The notes beneath the pieces were generated by a model. That model did not search any database. It saw only the letters and a list, made by a program, of their open reading frames with translations, and had not been told where the DNA came from. The translations under genes and the position numbers were made by a program. A stretch of 64,000 nucleotides of DNA from Promethearchaeota archaeon (lineage in GTDB: Archaea > Asgardarchaeota > Lokiarchaeia > Sigyniarchaeales > SOKP01): assembly GCA_048937405.1 (NCBI GenBank), contig JBHLNF010000001.1, positions 624,785 through 688,784 of the forward strand, in the 5' to 3' direction. Numbering within the stretch: position 1 is the first letter of the stretch; the number at the start of each line of letters is the position of its first letter. Positions 61,685 through 64,000 of this stretch are shown here, piece by piece.

Positions 61685-62809
61685 TTATGCTGTAGCTTTA
61701 CACAATTGCCATAAATCAGGGATTTTTATTAATACTTCTTCATCCAATGGTGTATGTAACTCAGGAACATTAAGATCATAAGTAATACCATTAGTTTCAT
61801 AATTAAATACTTCAGGATCTAATGGAATTGAAGGATTAATAGGTCTAAATCCGTATTCTAATGCAGAAATAACAGTTTCATTTTCATTTAAAAAATTAAG
61901 GAAAGCTTCTGCTACGACTCTCTGCTGATCAGTTATCCAATCCGCATTCAATATACAAAACGGATGGTCACTATATAATGTTCCTTCCTCTGGATAAACA
62001 GCAATAATTTTTCCTCCTTTAGCAGTACTGGAAATATCTCTTATTAAATTTTCATACAAGAAAGCAATATTTAAAGCAGTAGGGCCCTCATTTTCCATAT
62101 AACGCGCTAAGAAACCAGTAGAAGTTCCATACACTACAGCGCTTGATTCAAATTCTCTGAGCCATTGTTGATTAGTCAAATTTTGTAGATCAGACATTGA
62201 TAAATTCTCCGAAGAGATACCAGAAACTGCTGATAATGCCATTATCACACTCATAAATCCTGAATTTGACAAACGGGGATCAGTATGAGCCATTCTAATG
62301 TTCACATCTGGATCTAATGTCAGATCATGTACATCATTAAATCCCTTTATGTTATAGGTATTATTAAATGATTCCCAAGTAGCAATTACTATAGGAGAAT
62401 ATATTATTCTAACTGCTGCACTAATATTTACTATTGGATCTTCGCTATTTGTTAAATCTGCCCATTTAGAGTTTAAAAAAGGCATCCAAATAGAACTTGC
62501 TGGACTCCATATAGTAGGATAGATTTCTCTATTAAGAATACTAATAATTGAATTTGAAGATCCATAAGGATGCATATCAATACTGATTGGTTCATCAGGA
62601 TGGGTATTTTGCCACTCATCCATAAAATCAGAATAAGCAGCTGTCATCCAACTTGCCTTTTCAGAACTATAAATTATAGTTATATGTGTTCTTTCCCCTC
62701 TACTTTCAAGTACTAAACTAGTAGAAAATGCTCCTATTATAAATCCTATTATAAATATCGAAATAATTCCAAATTTACTATCCTTTTTAGCTTTTCGTGT
62801 ATTTTTCAT
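61685..62809 (-). CDS. Membrane-anchored ABC substrate-binding protein (SBP_bac_11-like, the type usually fused to vWA)
   Basis: N-terminal TM; YSSEK, WSPASS, SPIVIA.W, HTDP..SNSG, YENL, YP.EGT..SDHP, GFRP. Confidence 0.82.
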   Translation of the reverse strand: MKNTRKAKKDSKFGIISIFIIGFIIGAFSTSLVLESRGERTHITIIYSSEKASWMTAAYSDFMDEWQNTHPDEPISIDMHPYGSSNSIISILNREIYPTIWSPASSIWMPFLNSKWADLTNSEDPIVNISAAVRIIYSPIVIATWESFNNTYNIKGFNDVHDLTLDPDVNIRMAHTDPRLSNSGFMSVIMALSAVSGISSENLSMSDLQNLTNQQWLREFESSAVVYGTSTGFLARYMENEGPTALNIAFLYENLIRDISSTAKGGKIIAVYPEEGTLYSDHPFCILNADWITDQQRVVAEAFLNFLNENETVISALEYGFRPINPSIPLDPEVFNYETNGITYDLNVPELHTPLDEEVLIKIPDLWQLCKATA

Positions 62810-62836
62810 AATTAGCAGATTTTAATAGGATTTTAT

Positions 62837-62935
62837 CTAAATGAAAGATCTAATAAAATTATCAATAAAAGCTAAAATTATACCACATAATAATCCAATT
62901 GACAAAGCAATAATATATAGTAATTTTCTTTCCAT
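62837..62935 (-). CDS. Unannotated 32-aa single-TM peptide
   Basis: AAGGT upstream of ATG 62935: MERKLLYIIALSIGLLCGIILAFIDNFIRSFI*. Confidence 0.55.
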   Translation of the reverse strand: MERKLLYIIALSIGLLCGIILAFIDNFIRSFI

Positions 62936-63063
62936 CTAATTACCTTACTTTTTTGTACATTAATCAAAGACAAATTAAATTATAGTCTGTGTAAAAATAT
63001 AATCTTCTATTTATTATATTTATTTAATAAAAACTGAATAGCGTCTCTATATATCTTATATAT

Positions 63064-63073
63064 TCTATATAGA
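63064..63073. promoter_or_regulatory. TCTATATAGA palindrome (candidate PHO box)
   Basis: Upstream of the ABC importer operon; variant CTCTATATAT at 63045. Confidence 0.5.
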
Positions 63074-63118
63074 TGTTATTTTTAAATAAGAAAAGGTAAA
63101 GATCTGGTTTTAAACAAT

Positions 63119-64000
63119 TTATATTAAGCTTGAACCAATTACACTATTATGAGGTTTTTTTCCAATAAGTTTTAATAATGTAGGAACAATATCCGTAATT
63201 TTACAATAGGGAATTTGCTTAAAAGGAATTTCTAAAGAACCACCTATAATTAAAGGAACAACCATGCATTTTCGAAAACCTACATCGTGATCATATAAGT
63301 TTTTGCTTTTATGCTTTCCATGGTGTATACCAAATTTTATAGAGTCATTATTACTAAGGATGATATCTGCACTTCTTGGATTTTTAAAATGGCGTGGTAT
63401 TAAATCGGGATAGACAGGATAATCCAAATGATATGTCGCTTCTAACCATTCTTGATTCGAGTGAAATTTATTATCCAATAATTTACTTGCTGAATTATCA
63501 TTGATAAAACCAAATATATCTATATCATTATTATCTAAGATATAACGTGTTCTATAATCAAACCCATTCCCTTCATACTCAATCTTTCCTGTTACAATTT
63601 TGCCTGTATATTCATCCTTTCTTTTAAAATGAAGTATTCCTTTATTATATGTGTTATTATCGTCTCTATAAATCATAAAATGACACCCCTTAATTTTAAA
63701 TAATTCTTTCAATAAATTTTTCTTCTTTGGACCATAATTCTTAAGTTCTTCAGTGGTAGGACGAATCCACATATTTTTACTATTTAAATTATTCTTCCCT
63801 TTAAAATAAAAAAATCCTACACCAGAATAATAAGCAAGATCCATATTCCCTTTTGAATTTTTGATAGGATGGTAATTGGATAATTTATTTTGTTTTAAAA
63901 AAACTTTTAGATTACCTCTTTGTTGAGCTTTATAATTTCCATGGTCAGAAGTAATTGCTATAGCAGTATCTTCTAAATAACCCATTTTCTCTAAGTTGTT
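63119..64000 (-). CDS. Alkaline-phosphatase superfamily (nucleotide pyrophosphatase/phosphodiesterase-like) protein; 5' end outside the window
   Basis: ITSDHG, DH...VPLIIGG, DIVPTLL.L.G. The frame is open to position 64000. Confidence 0.85.
   Translation of the reverse strand, partial: NNLEKMGYLEDTAIAITSDHGNYKAQQRGNLKVFLKQNKLSNYHPIKNSKGNMDLAYYSGVGFFYFKGKNNLNSKNMWIRPTTEELKNYGPKKKNLLKELFKIKGCHFMIYRDDNNTYNKGILHFKRKDEYTGKIVTGKIEYEGNGFDYRTRYILDNNDIDIFGFINDNSASKLLDNKFHSNQEWLEATYHLDYPVYPDLIPRHFKNPRSADIILSNNDSIKFGIHHGKHKSKNLYDHDVGFRKCMVVPLIIGGSLEIPFKQIPYCKITDIVPTLLKLIGKKPHNSVIGSSLI

Overview
Very AT-rich archaeal chromosomal DNA, most consistent with an Asgard archaeon (Lokiarchaeia-like). Evidence: GGTGA ribosome-binding sites, TATA-type promoters, a proteasome alpha subunit, a Rab-like GTPase, a longin-domain protein and a PolB2 module. 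I see no rRNA, tRNA, CRISPR array, transposase or integrase. From left to right: (1) a truncated helical-repeat protein, a wHTH protein, psmA and a Rab-like GTPase; (2) dCMP deaminase and an acyl-CoA synthetase; (3) a PolB2 damage-tolerance module (inactive RadA, PolB2 partner, PolB2) split by an opposite-strand 7TM + longin gene pair; (4) GH20, radical SAM, PadR, aldo-keto reductase, GyrI-like protein and an unannotated 43-aa four-Cys protein, facing two tandem TrmB paralogues (the second nonsense-disrupted) that flank a nucleotidyltransferase; (5) acyl-CoA synthetase, a HEAT-repeat protein and a Liv-type ABC importer; (6) a 2991-aa almost wholly hydrophobic membrane protein with internal ~133-aa repeats; (7) GH4, an unannotated structured-RNA candidate in front of an unannotated 59-aa ORF, and a DapL-like aminotransferase; (8) a ~17-kb phosphate island (AbrB-PhoU, pstSCAB-phoU, PiT, three DUF47 proteins, an ABC importer and an alkaline-phosphatase-family gene) with a recurring CTATATAG palindrome. 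The strongest candidates for something undescribed are the phosphate-linked ABC importer, whose two ATPases carry complementary degenerate motifs, the structured RNA + small ORF at 42.9-43.3 kb, and the giant repeat membrane protein. All calls come from motif reading by eye; no searches were run.
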